64,000 nucleotides of DNA from Candidatus Enteromonas sp. (GTDB lineage: Bacteria; Bacillota_I; Bacilli_A; RFN20; CAG-826): contig JBNMGG010000005.1 in the NCBI GenBank assembly GCA_050872145.1, forward strand, positions 12,140 to 76,139. Direction: 5' to 3'. Below, in pieces: positions 52,855-61,004 of this stretch (within the stretch, counting starts at the first letter, position 1; each line of letters opens with the position of its first letter). A program made the translations under genes and the position numbers. The notes under the pieces were generated by a model. It did no database searches and had not been told where the DNA came from. It saw only the letters and a list, made by a program, of their open reading frames with translations.

Positions 52855-55800
52855 AATCAAGCTCATCAACTGGCAGAGCTTTTACGACAACACCGTCTCC
52901 GTGTCTGGGAACATCCTCGTCACGGGCGAAAACGGGGCGGGGAAATCCTCCATGCTCGACGCGCTTTATTTCGTTTTGGCCGGAGGGTCCAGCAAATTCA
53001 ACCTCGCCGCCACCGACGAAACCTCGCGCTCGGTCGAGACCTACATGCGTGGCACTATCGGCGCCGAGGGCAGGGAATGCCTCCGCCCGGGGCCAAACCT
53101 CATCTCCCACGTCGCCTTGGAATTCGCAAACCCCAACGGAGAATCCTTGGTTTTGGGATGCGCTTTGGAAATCCGCGACGCCGCCCCGAAGGCGGACCAA
53201 TCCTTTTACTTGATCCGCCAAGGCCACATCCAAGACGATCTTTTCTTCACTTTGGACGGGGACAAGAAAAAGGCTTTGAACGCCAAATTGCTCCAAGAAA
53301 GGGCCAACGCCCTCTTTGGGGAGAGAAGTTTTGTTCCCGTGAAAGGGACGAAGACCGAGATCAAATCGCAAATCGCGCGTGCTTTGGGGCTCGCCAGCAG
53401 CAAATACTACGAGCTCCTCCCCAAGGCCATCGCTTTCAAGCCGATCCGCGAGGTCAATGACTTCGTCTTCGACTTCCTTTTGCCCGAGCACAACGTCGAC
53501 ATCGCCTCCATCCGCGCGTCCATCCATTCCTACATGGAAATCCGCAAGGACGTCGAAATCGACGAAAAGAAGAAGGAACAGCTGGAATCCATCGTCTCCA
53601 TGAATTCGGACTATGAGGACAAATCCCTGCAGAAATCCCTTCTTCAAGCGTTAAGCGTCCGCAAAGGTAAGGCTTCCACGGAGAAGAAGATCGCCTCTTT
53701 GGAAGCCACCATCAAGACCAACGCTTCTCTCATCGGGGACGAGGCCGACAAGCGCAGCGTCATCGTCGCCCAAATCGAGGAAGTCCAGCGCAAACTCTTC
53801 GCCCTCTCGGGGCAAGATTGGTACAAAGCGTTGGAAGAGAACCAACGCAACCTCCTCCAGGCCCAGAAATCCGTCAACGATTTGATGCCCTTGCTCTCGC
53901 GCTTCAACCGCGCCATTTTGGAGGAGAGCGAACTGGCCCGCTCCCTTTCCCTCAAAGGCGATTTTTCCTCCTACATCAAATCCGAGGACTTCGCCGGCTT
54001 CCAAACCGCACTCTCCAGTTATGACGAGGCCTTTGAAAGCCGCCGGAACGCCCTCAACGAATCGATGGCCCTTCGCTGGGGCGAGCTCAATGAGGCCAAG
54101 CAAAGGCAGCAGGGCCTCCAAGTCAAACTCGACGCCCTCCGCCGTGGCCTTCCTCAATACGATTACAACGCCACAACCCTCATGAAAATCATCCACCGGG
54201 GATTCGTGGAAGAGGAAGGGCACGACATCGAAGTCCATCCTTTCTGCGAGCTCATCGACATCGCCCCCGGGGAAGAAAGCTGGAGGAATGCGGTGGAAGG
54301 GTATTTGAATACCCGCCGCTTCGACCTCTTCGTCAAAGAGGAATATTACGACAAAGCCCTTTCCCTTTACGAAAGAAACAAAGGCCCTTACCACATCCAC
54401 TCCGTCGGCTTGGTCAATGTCGCTAAACTCGACGACCGGCAGGCCCGCCCCAATTCCTTGGCCACCAAAGTCGTGACCAATGACCCCGACGCCCAACGCT
54501 ACGTCAATTACGTTTTGGGCGACATCATCTGCGTCGATTCCGAGCAGGAGCTCAAATACTACGACGCCTCCATCACCAAAACCGTGATGGTCTACCGCAA
54601 CAAAGCTTCCCGCGCCACCCGCCCGGAAATTTACGCGACCCCCTATATCGGCAAAGGCGCTTACTCCGCCCAACTCGCCTCTTTGCAGAAAGACCTGCAA
54701 AAAGCCAACGAAGAAGTCACTGAACTCAGCCAAGGCGTCGCCGAAGTTCGCAACAAGCTCAACAAAGCCTCCGATTCCAAGAGGAAGCAGCTTTTGGATT
54801 CGCCCAACTATTGGCGACAATACGCCGACCTCCTCGCTAGGCAAAACGCTTTGTCGATCGAAAGGAAGAAACTCGAGGAAGCCTCCAAAGAAGGCGGCCA
54901 CGGGTCCGGGGAGGATTATGCGAAGGAGAAAGCGGAGCTCGAAAAGGCCCGCGACGCCTCCTTGGAACTGCAAACCCGCCTGCAAGCCGAATCCGATCTG
55001 GCCGCGCGCCAGATCCGCGATCTCCAGGAAAGTTTGAAGGAATCCTCCGAGGAGCTTTCCCTGAAAACCGCCGATCCCAGGGTCGCCGAGAAACTCGAGG
55101 AATTCGCCAAGAAGAACTCCTCCCTCTCCCCGGCGGAAATCGCTAAGCAAATCGCTTCTCTGACCCCGCAGATCTCCTCTCTTGAAAGGGCCATCATCTC
55201 CGCGATGGCGACCTACATCAACGAGTTCCGCTTCGACTCCGCTGCCTCGATGGAGAACATCTCCGACTTCCTCACCGAGCACAGCAAAGTCGTTGGACGC
55301 GAGCTGGGGCAATTCAAAAAGGACCTCGAAAGGGCCCAAGCCGAATGCGCCAACGCCTTCAAGGAAAACTACATCGCCCAGATTCGCAAGCACATCCTCG
55401 ACGAGAAGGCCAACATCCGCAAACTGAACAAAGTCCTCGCGGACAAGCCCTTTGGCAACGATGGGGAAGTTTACCAATTCGTCATCACCCGCAGCAAAGA
55501 CCCCTCCTTCGGCCCTTATTACGACATCTTCACTTCCAAAGACGAAATCTCCTCCAAAGACCTCTTCCTCGATTCCTTGGACTCCAACGATTCGGCTTTG
55601 ATGAAGGACCTCTTCAACCGCCTCACCGCCACCAGTGGGGACGAAAAGCAAGAGAAGCTCCTCCGCCTCTACACCGATTACCGGATGTTCATGAACTATG
55701 ACATCCAAATCACCAACCGGGAAGGCGAGATTTCCTTCTTCTCCAAAATCTCCCGCGGCAAATCCGGGGGTGAGACCCAAACCCCGTTCTACGTCATCAT

Positions 55801-56068
55801 TGCCGCCTCCTTCGACCAAATCGTCCACGAAGGAAGCTTCGACAAAGAGGCGGGCTGCATCGTCATCCTCGACGAGGCCTTCAACAAGATGGACGCCTCT
55901 CGTATCTCGGCGACCATGTCTTACTTCAATGATTTGTCGATTCAGTTGATCATCGGCTTGCCGAGCAACAACGCGAAGATCTTGATGCCTTACGTCGATA
56001 CGACGATCGGCATCGTCAAAAGCAGGGACCGCAGCTACATCCGTACGGATACCAAGTTGGCTCAGTGA
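52838..56068 (+). CDS. jetC: JetC/MksB/MukB-like SMC-type ATPase
   Basis: 1076 aa.
- N-terminus: IKLINWQSFYDNTVSVSGNILVTGENGAGKSSMLDALYFVLAGGSSKFNLAATDETSRSVETYMRG (Walker A plus the FN.AA...R...Y.RG pattern).
- Middle: long E/K/L/Q-rich coiled-coil region.
- C-terminus: SRGKSGGETQTPFYVIIAASF and CIVILDEAFNKMD (signature-like and Walker B). Confidence 0.8.
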   Translation: MQKLIKIKLINWQSFYDNTVSVSGNILVTGENGAGKSSMLDALYFVLAGGSSKFNLAATDETSRSVETYMRGTIGAEGRECLRPGPNLISHVALEFANPNGESLVLGCALEIRDAAPKADQSFYLIRQGHIQDDLFFTLDGDKKKALNAKLLQERANALFGERSFVPVKGTKTEIKSQIARALGLASSKYYELLPKAIAFKPIREVNDFVFDFLLPEHNVDIASIRASIHSYMEIRKDVEIDEKKKEQLESIVSMNSDYEDKSLQKSLLQALSVRKGKASTEKKIASLEATIKTNASLIGDEADKRSVIVAQIEEVQRKLFALSGQDWYKALEENQRNLLQAQKSVNDLMPLLSRFNRAILEESELARSLSLKGDFSSYIKSEDFAGFQTALSSYDEAFESRRNALNESMALRWGELNEAKQRQQGLQVKLDALRRGLPQYDYNATTLMKIIHRGFVEEEGHDIEVHPFCELIDIAPGEESWRNAVEGYLNTRRFDLFVKEEYYDKALSLYERNKGPYHIHSVGLVNVAKLDDRQARPNSLATKVVTNDPDAQRYVNYVLGDIICVDSEQELKYYDASITKTVMVYRNKASRATRPEIYATPYIGKGAYSAQLASLQKDLQKANEEVTELSQGVAEVRNKLNKASDSKRKQLLDSPNYWRQYADLLARQNALSIERKKLEEASKEGGHGSGEDYAKEKAELEKARDASLELQTRLQAESDLAARQIRDLQESLKESSEELSLKTADPRVAEKLEEFAKKNSSLSPAEIAKQIASLTPQISSLERAIISAMATYINEFRFDSAASMENISDFLTEHSKVVGRELGQFKKDLERAQAECANAFKENYIAQIRKHILDEKANIRKLNKVLADKPFGNDGEVYQFVITRSKDPSFGPYYDIFTSKDEISSKDLFLDSLDSNDSALMKDLFNRLTATSGDEKQEKLLRLYTDYRMFMNYDIQITNREGEISFFSKISRGKSGGETQTPFYVIIAASFDQIVHEGSFDKEAGCIVILDEAFNKMDASRISATMSYFNDLSIQLIIGLPSNNAKILMPYVDTTIGIVKSRDRSYIRTDTKLAQ

Positions 56069-56108
56069 TGCAAAAAAGGGGGTGACCGCTTCGGCCGCCC
56101 CTTTTCCT

Positions 56109-56759
56109 TTATTCTTTTTCCGTCAGTTCCTGACCCTTTTTGCCATATCGGATCAAGACGTAGCAAATCAGCCAAAGAAGCACCAAGGCCCCGACGGCGT
56201 AAAGAAGGGTGATCCACCAGGAATTCACATGGAAGTCCAAGAAAGGGTAGACGGGTTTGACAATCCCACAGGCGGAGAGGGGGATCATCGCCGCGGCATA
56301 GGCCAAGACGGGGATGAAACCGAATCCGCCGTCGGTGTAGCGATAATCGGATTTTCCCAAGAAGAAGTAGTGGTTGGCTAAGGCGAGAAGCGGGCAAAGC
56401 AGATGCAGGAAGGGAAACGCCCCCGCGTAAAGAAGCCCCGGGCCCTGCAGCCACACCAAAAGCAAGCAAACGGTGAGGAGGGTGATGGTCTCGCAGACCG
56501 TTCCCACGTAATGGAGCACGTAGGCCCAGCGGGGAAGCTTCGTCTTCTTGGCGAGGCAAACGGTTTCCATGACCAATAGAATCAAGGCGACCAGCGCGTA
56601 GAAGGCGTTGCCCAAAATGGTGAAATAAAGGTAGGAGTCCCCTTGCTGAAGGAAGGAAAGGCCCAATCCTAGGCCCTCCCCCAAAATGGCGGCGATTAGA
56701 ATCGCGATGGAGATTCCTCTTTTCGTTTGAATGCTCATGTGGGCATTATATTCCAACAT
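56109..56759 (-). CDS. hypothetical polytopic membrane protein
   Basis: About 6 TM segments. It is convergent with jetC. The start is either 56759 or the ATG at 56738 (MSIQTK). Confidence 0.5.
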   Translation of the reverse strand: MLEYNAHMSIQTKRGISIAILIAAILGEGLGLGLSFLQQGDSYLYFTILGNAFYALVALILLVMETVCLAKKTKLPRWAYVLHYVGTVCETITLLTVCLLLVWLQGPGLLYAGAFPFLHLLCPLLALANHYFFLGKSDYRYTDGGFGFIPVLAYAAAMIPLSACGIVKPVYPFLDFHVNSWWITLLYAVGALVLLWLICYVLIRYGKKGQELTEKE

Positions 56760-56799
56760 CGCCGCTTCGTCTTGCCCGCGTTGCCGTATAATTTGCCCC

Positions 56800-57345
56800 G
56801 TGAAAATCGCCTTGGCCTCCTGCCCCGACTTGCTTTATTCCCGGGAGGAGGCGCTCCTAGAAATTCTTCGTTACCTGCCTTACGCCCATAAAGCCGGTTG
56901 CCAAGCCTTGTTTTTCCCTCCTTCAATGCTAGGGAACGACGAAGGAGAGGAAGACCGGGCCCTTCCGATTTTGAAGGAAAGAGCCGCTTTTTACGGGATT
57001 TGCCTGGGCTTTGGCTATTTCAAAAACGGGGAAGAAGGCTATTTCGTCTTTTCCCCGGATCCGGAGTGGCACTCCCTGAAACAACCCTCTTCTTTTCTTC
57101 TTTGCGGGCAAAAGTGGGCCCTTCTTCCTTCGGAGAAAGAAACCTTGCCCGATGCGTTTTCCCTGTGCTTTTTGAAAGGAAACGATTTCTCTTCCTTCCA
57201 TCCGAACCCCAAAGGGGAGAAGGACTGCGCCTGCTTTCTGTCCGACCCGAAGCGCTTCAACGTTGGGGTCTTCCGCGGGGGAAAGCTGCTTTGCCAGCTG
57301 AAGCCGGGGCTAGAAGCCTTGCTCGTGAAGGAAATCGATTTATGA
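56800..57345 (+). CDS. hypothetical protein, weakly carbon-nitrogen-hydrolase-like
   Basis: A GTG at 56800 gives VKIALASCPDLLYSREEALLEIL, which resembles the first strand/helix of nitrilase-superfamily proteins. No clear Glu-Lys-Cys triad is visible. A TATAAT lies at 56787-56792. Confidence 0.35.
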   Translation: MKIALASCPDLLYSREEALLEILRYLPYAHKAGCQALFFPPSMLGNDEGEEDRALPILKERAAFYGICLGFGYFKNGEEGYFVFSPDPEWHSLKQPSSFLLCGQKWALLPSEKETLPDAFSLCFLKGNDFSSFHPNPKGEKDCACFLSDPKRFNVGVFRGGKLLCQLKPGLEALLVKEIDL

Positions 57346-57896
57346 GCGAAACGAAAAAGCAGAGGAAAGCAAATCACCGCGCCCGGGTGGAGGGAAACCT
57401 CGTCGATCTTTTGTTCCTCTATGGCGAGGACATCCTGCGTTCGGAAAGCTTCCAAAAAGAGAAACAATTCCGCCAGCACGGGGGATATTCGGTTTACGAC
57501 CATTCCTTGGCCGTTTGCCTCTTCGCATTGCGCCTTGCTAAAAAAGCCAAATGGAAAGTCGATGCCCAAAGTTTGGTGAGGGCCAGCTTGCTCCACGATT
57601 ACTTCCTTTACGATTGGCATAAGAAGCCTCATCCCAAACACCACGCGAACCTCCACCCCGAATACGCTTTGGAGAACGCGAAAAGGGACTTCGGGCTAAA
57701 TGAGCTTGAGGAAGAGGCCATTCGCTGCCACATGTGGCCTTTTCATCTTTTCAGTTTTCCCCGCAGCAAAGAAGCTTGGCTTCTCAATTACGCGGACACC
57801 CACAGCGCATTGAGGGAGACCCTCGGCAAAAAATGGCTCCGCAAAGAGCTCAGCCTAATCGAAAAACGACTTTCCTCAATCAATAAGGATAAATAG
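57342..57896 (+). CDS. HD-domain phosphohydrolase
   Basis: The ATG overlaps the upstream stop (ATGA). YDHSLAVCLFALRLAKK...ASLLHDYF carries the H..HD motif. Length 184 aa. Confidence 0.7.
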   Translation: MSETKKQRKANHRARVEGNLVDLLFLYGEDILRSESFQKEKQFRQHGGYSVYDHSLAVCLFALRLAKKAKWKVDAQSLVRASLLHDYFLYDWHKKPHPKHHANLHPEYALENAKRDFGLNELEEEAIRCHMWPFHLFSFPRSKEAWLLNYADTHSALRETLGKKWLRKELSLIEKRLSSINKDK

Positions 57897-58341
57897 GTTT
57901 CGCTTTCCTTTTGCTCCGCACGAGAACCTTCGTCATTTTGATGTGGGGCACCCCCTCATCCATGATGACTTCCCCGTTGGGGTTGGGACGGAATCCGATT
58001 CGATAGTAAAACCCCTGCTTGTCTAGTTGGGCGAGCAGGACTGCTTTCCTCGCCCCCAGGCTGATGGCTTTGTTGCAAAGGAATTTGACAACATAGGTTC
58101 CAACGCTTTGCCCGCGGAAGGGTTTTCGAACGCAGATCCGCCCGATTTGGTATGTCTCGGGATCGACCTCATAGACCCTCCCCGTCGCGATGGGGGTTTG
58201 GTCCAAATACAAAACAAGGTGCCAGCTGCGGTCGTCGATTTCATCGAATTCGTTTGCAAAACCCTGCTCTTTCACGAACACTTCTTCGCGGATTGCTTTG
58301 GCCTCTTTCGGGAGGCGGAACTGGAAAACGGGTTTGACCAT
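57880..58341 (-). CDS. GNAT family N-acetyltransferase
   Basis: IREEVFVKEQGF...RVYEVDPETYQIGRICVRKPFRGQSVGTYVV is a typical GNAT core (Q/RxxGxG/A-like RGQSVG). Confidence 0.8.
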   Translation of the reverse strand: MVKPVFQFRLPKEAKAIREEVFVKEQGFANEFDEIDDRSWHLVLYLDQTPIATGRVYEVDPETYQIGRICVRKPFRGQSVGTYVVKFLCNKAISLGARKAVLLAQLDKQGFYYRIGFRPNPNGEVIMDEGVPHIKMTKVLVRSKRKAKPIYPY

Positions 58342-58376
58342 GGCGGGATATCACCTTTGGGATTATTATAGCCACC

Positions 58377-58982
58377 ATGAGCAAAAACAAAATTCTCGCG
58401 GTTACCTTTCTCTCCTTGGCATGTCTGTTTTTCTTCGGCTATTACCTCTATGCGGAAATTCAAACTTCCTTCACTTTTTTCCGCTCCTCGGACTGGATCA
58501 CCATCCTTTATTTCGTTCTCGATGCGATCATGTATTTGATTTTGCTTCTGGCCAACATCCGCAATGACGATTTTGCCTACACGGGCATCGCCCTTTTCGT
58601 CTCCATGGAGACCTTCTCTTATTTGCAGAAGCTTTTCTATGGGCAGATGTCCTTCGTGAACATCCTCTACAGCGGATCCCCTCTCCTCATCCTTCTTGGA
58701 ACGTTCTACATCCTCTTCTTAATGGGTGAAGCGGGGGTTGGAATCGCTTTGTACGTCCTCGTCGTGCGCTACCAAAGGGGCTATCCCCATTTCAAGCCCA
58801 TCCGCATTTTGGGGATTCTCTTCGCCTGCTCCATCGCTTTGGCTTCCCTTACTTACGTCGGCTTAATCGCCGGCTCCGGGCTTGGCGCGGGAACGATTTT
58901 CGCTATTTTAGCAACGCCTCTGGCAGAGGTGTTTGCTTCCGTGGGCATCGTTTTCACCTTGGAAAGGCTCCGCAGAATCTAA
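58377..58982 (+). CDS. hypothetical polytopic membrane protein
   Basis: 201 aa with about 6 hydrophobic segments. No family recognised. Confidence 0.5.
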   Translation: MSKNKILAVTFLSLACLFFFGYYLYAEIQTSFTFFRSSDWITILYFVLDAIMYLILLLANIRNDDFAYTGIALFVSMETFSYLQKLFYGQMSFVNILYSGSPLLILLGTFYILFLMGEAGVGIALYVLVVRYQRGYPHFKPIRILGILFACSIALASLTYVGLIAGSGLGAGTIFAILATPLAEVFASVGIVFTLERLRRI

Positions 58983-59040
58983 CCCCGCCGGCTTTCTTTT
59001 TCTTGATGAAGGGGGGAGGATTGTCTATATTATTACTCGC

Positions 59041-59116
59041 GCCGACATGGCTCAGTTGGTAGAGCAATTCACTCGTAATGAATAGGTCGCAGGTTCGATT
59101 CCCGCTGTCGGCACCA
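59041..59116 (+). tRNA. tRNA-Thr (anticodon CGT), CCA encoded
   Basis: A cloverleaf can be drawn by hand:
- acceptor GCCGACA/TGTCGGC;
- D arm GCTC-AGTTGGTA-GAGC;
- anticodon arm ATTCA-CTCGTAA-TGAAT;
- T arm GCAGG-TTCGATT-CCCGC (one A-C mismatch);
- ACCA end. Confidence 0.85.
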
Positions 59117-59126
59117 ACGAAAAACC

Positions 59127-59151
59127 GCCCGATGATGAATCGGGCTTTTTT
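59127..59151 (+). terminator. terminator after tRNA-Thr
   Basis: GCCCGAT-GATGA-ATCGGGC followed by TTTTTT. Confidence 0.8.
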
Positions 59152-59255
59152 GTTCCCGTTCGAAGGTTTGTTTTATCAACGGAAAGCGGCAAACCCTGGG
59201 AAGCGGGTTGACTTGTCATTCGCCTTCTTTAGGATGGGAGAAAAGGAAAGAAAAA

Positions 59256-59699
59256 ATGGAAGAAAAAGCGCAAAAGCCCAGTAAAGTGAAGAAAGTTCTG
59301 AACTTCTTTTTCAATATCTTTTGGGCTCTTTTCTGTGGCATTGAGCTGGCCATCGGATGCCTTTTCGCCGGCTTCCTCAGCTGCCTCCTCATCCTTCCGA
59401 TTTTCTTCGGCGTCCCTCTGGTTTACTGGAAACTGATGGCTTTGGTTTTCGCCCCGGCGGGGAAGAGGGTCGTATTGAATTTTGAAGCCCATCCCGTCCG
59501 CAACGTTTTCTATTACATTTTCGGAGGCGGATACAAAATCGCCCAGATTTACGTTTACGGGGCCCTTCTTTGCTGCACGCTCATCGGGATTCCGCTGGGG
59601 CTGCAGGTATTCAAATTCGGAAAATACTTCCTCGCCCCCTTCGGCGCGGAAGTCTACGACGAAGGGGAAATCGTTTTGCGGGATACGTTGAAGAAATAG
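59256..59699 (+). CDS. YccF-domain (DUF307) inner membrane protein
   Basis: The ATG at 59256 gives MEEKAQ. NIFWALFCGIELAIGCLFAGFLSCLLILPIFFGVPLVYWKLMALVFAPAGKRV and a second GIPLGLQVFKFGKYFLAPFG repeat fit the YccF duplication. Confidence 0.7.
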   Translation: MEEKAQKPSKVKKVLNFFFNIFWALFCGIELAIGCLFAGFLSCLLILPIFFGVPLVYWKLMALVFAPAGKRVVLNFEAHPVRNVFYYIFGGGYKIAQIYVYGALLCCTLIGIPLGLQVFKFGKYFLAPFGAEVYDEGEIVLRDTLKK

Positions 59700-59886
59700 G
59701 TCAGGGGAGGGACCGAATCGAAACGCCGCCTCGAAAACTAAGGTCCTCCATACGCGATTTCTTCGCTCGGAATCGGTTCTTTTCCGCTGAAATTCATCGG
59801 AAAAGAAGATTGAAAATTCCCCTTGCGGTCCTTCTTGCCCCTTCCTATAATAAGCAAGCCGCGATGAGCGGCCTCGCAGGACTCAT

Positions 59887-59962
59887 GGGTGTTTAGCTCA
59901 GCTGGGAGAGCACCTGTTTGACGTACAGGAGGTCACAGGTTCGATCCCTGTAGCACCCACCA
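59887..59962 (+). tRNA. tRNA-Val (anticodon GAC), CCA encoded
   Basis: Cloverleaf drawn by hand:
- acceptor GGGTGTT/AGCACCC (one G-T pair);
- D arm GCTC-AGCTGGGA-GAGC;
- anticodon arm CCTGT-TTGACGT-ACAGG;
- T arm ACAGG-TTCGATC-CCTGT. Confidence 0.9.
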
Positions 59963-59973
59963 CGCGAGAACCT

Positions 59974-59999
59974 AACCGCGGACCAGCCCGCGGTTTTTT
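59974..59999 (+). terminator. terminator after tRNA-Val
   Basis: AACCGCGG-ACCAGC-CCGCGGTT followed by TTTT. Confidence 0.8.
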
Positions 60000-60043
60000 G
60001 TTCTTCGCGGAGTTTCGTATTAGAATTGCACCAGGAGAAAAAC

Positions 60044-60775
60044 ATGCCTTATCCCCACGTGAAACGATCCGGTCTCGCCTTTGTCCTTCTTGGCATCCTT
60101 ACCTTAGGGATTTACCCCGTCTGCGTCCTCTCTTCCGTCCGCAAGGAAGTCGCTTCTTTGCTGGATGGGAAGGGTATCGATAAGCAGATGCCCTTCGTTT
60201 GGGCTTACCTTTTGGGCTTTTTGACCCTCGGGATCGCCCCTTTGATTTGGATTTGCCGAATGGCCAACAAAATCCAAATGGCTGCCTTGGAAAAGAAAAT
60301 CAGCAAGCCGCGGCTTTCCGGGGCGTATATGTTCTGGCTTGGCTATGTCGGGGCGGTGGTGCTCGTCGGCCCCTTCTTCGCCTTCCATCGCTTTTTCAAA
60401 CTTCTGAATCTTGTGGAAGCGCGCGCCAACGAAGACACGAAGGAAAGCCTCGCCAACAGCGAAAGCAAAAAGGAAATGGTGGAGGAAGTCCGCCGGGCTG
60501 GCCTCGGGGAGCAGGCTTTGGAAGGGAAACAGAAGCTCGCCCCTCGCGAAACGCCCTATCCCCATTTGCCTTTAGAAGAGAAAAAAGAAGAAGAAAAACT
60601 GGAAAAACCTTGGACTCAAGCCGAGGAAAAATCTCCTTCCGGCCGCAAGTGGATCGTCCGCGTGGGGAAAAAGGAAGCCAAGGTTTTCGCCAGCAAAGAA
60701 GAAGCCCTTTCCTATGCCCGTTCCTTGTTGGCTGAGCGGAAGGCCCTCGCGGAAGAGAAGGCAAAGAAAGAGTAG
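60044..60775 (+). CDS. DUF4234-type membrane protein with charged C-terminal extension
   Basis: The ATG at 60044 lies 7 nt after AGGAG. The duplicated LLGILTLGIYPVCVL / LLGFLTLGIAPLIWICRMANKI segments are typical of DUF4234. The tail GRKWIVRVGKKEAKVFASKEEALSYARSL looks DUF2188-like. Confidence 0.55.
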   Translation: MPYPHVKRSGLAFVLLGILTLGIYPVCVLSSVRKEVASLLDGKGIDKQMPFVWAYLLGFLTLGIAPLIWICRMANKIQMAALEKKISKPRLSGAYMFWLGYVGAVVLVGPFFAFHRFFKLLNLVEARANEDTKESLANSESKKEMVEEVRRAGLGEQALEGKQKLAPRETPYPHLPLEEKKEEEKLEKPWTQAEEKSPSGRKWIVRVGKKEAKVFASKEEALSYARSLLAERKALAEEKAKKE

Positions 60776-60824
60776 ACAAGCCAAGCGCTTTTTGTATAAT
60801 AGACCTCGCCGAAAGGCGAAGCTT

Positions 60825-60898
60825 GCACCCCTAGTTTAGTGGTAGAACACTAGCTTCCCAAGCTGGATATACGGGTTCGATTCCCGCGGGGTGCTCCA
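60825..60898 (+). tRNA. tRNA-Gly (anticodon CCC), CCA encoded
   Basis: Cloverleaf drawn by hand:
- acceptor GCACCCC/GGGGTGC;
- D arm GTTT-AGTGGTA-GAAC;
- anticodon arm CTAGC-TTCCCAA-GCTGG;
- T arm ACGGG-TTCGATT-CCCGC (one A-C mismatch);
- TCCA end. Confidence 0.85.
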
Positions 60899-60909
60899 GA
60901 AAACCATTG

Positions 60910-60929
60910 CCCAGCCTCGCTGGGTTTTT
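60910..60929 (+). terminator. terminator after tRNA-Gly
   Basis: CCCAGC-CTC-GCTGGG followed by TTTTT. Confidence 0.75.
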
Positions 60930-61004
60930 CTTTTTCGAGCATGATGGTTGTATTATCTAGTATTAAAAACTAGAATAACGCCGCACACATTAAGGAGGTA
61001 TTTT

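Noticed and set aside
53651-55828. A 725-aa ORF antisense to jetC. Similar long antisense ORFs occur at 34988-36220, 39094-40422, 4532-5599, 23506-24453 and 60990-61919.
   Set aside because: All of them lie opposite genes with strong family signatures and have low-complexity G/D/V/E/A-rich translations. They are treated as shadow ORFs.
56787-56802. A leaderless transcript for the 56800 gene (TATAAT 7 nt before the GTG).
   Set aside because: The idea is plausible, but it rests on a single hexamer, and the start codon choice is itself uncertain. It is mentioned only in the feature evidence.
56109-57896. A JetD/MksG candidate immediately downstream of jetC.
   Set aside because: The next genes are a convergent polytopic membrane protein, a small nitrilase-like protein and an HD-domain protein. 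None has the size (about 400 aa) or a Toprim-like acidic motif pattern expected for JetD.
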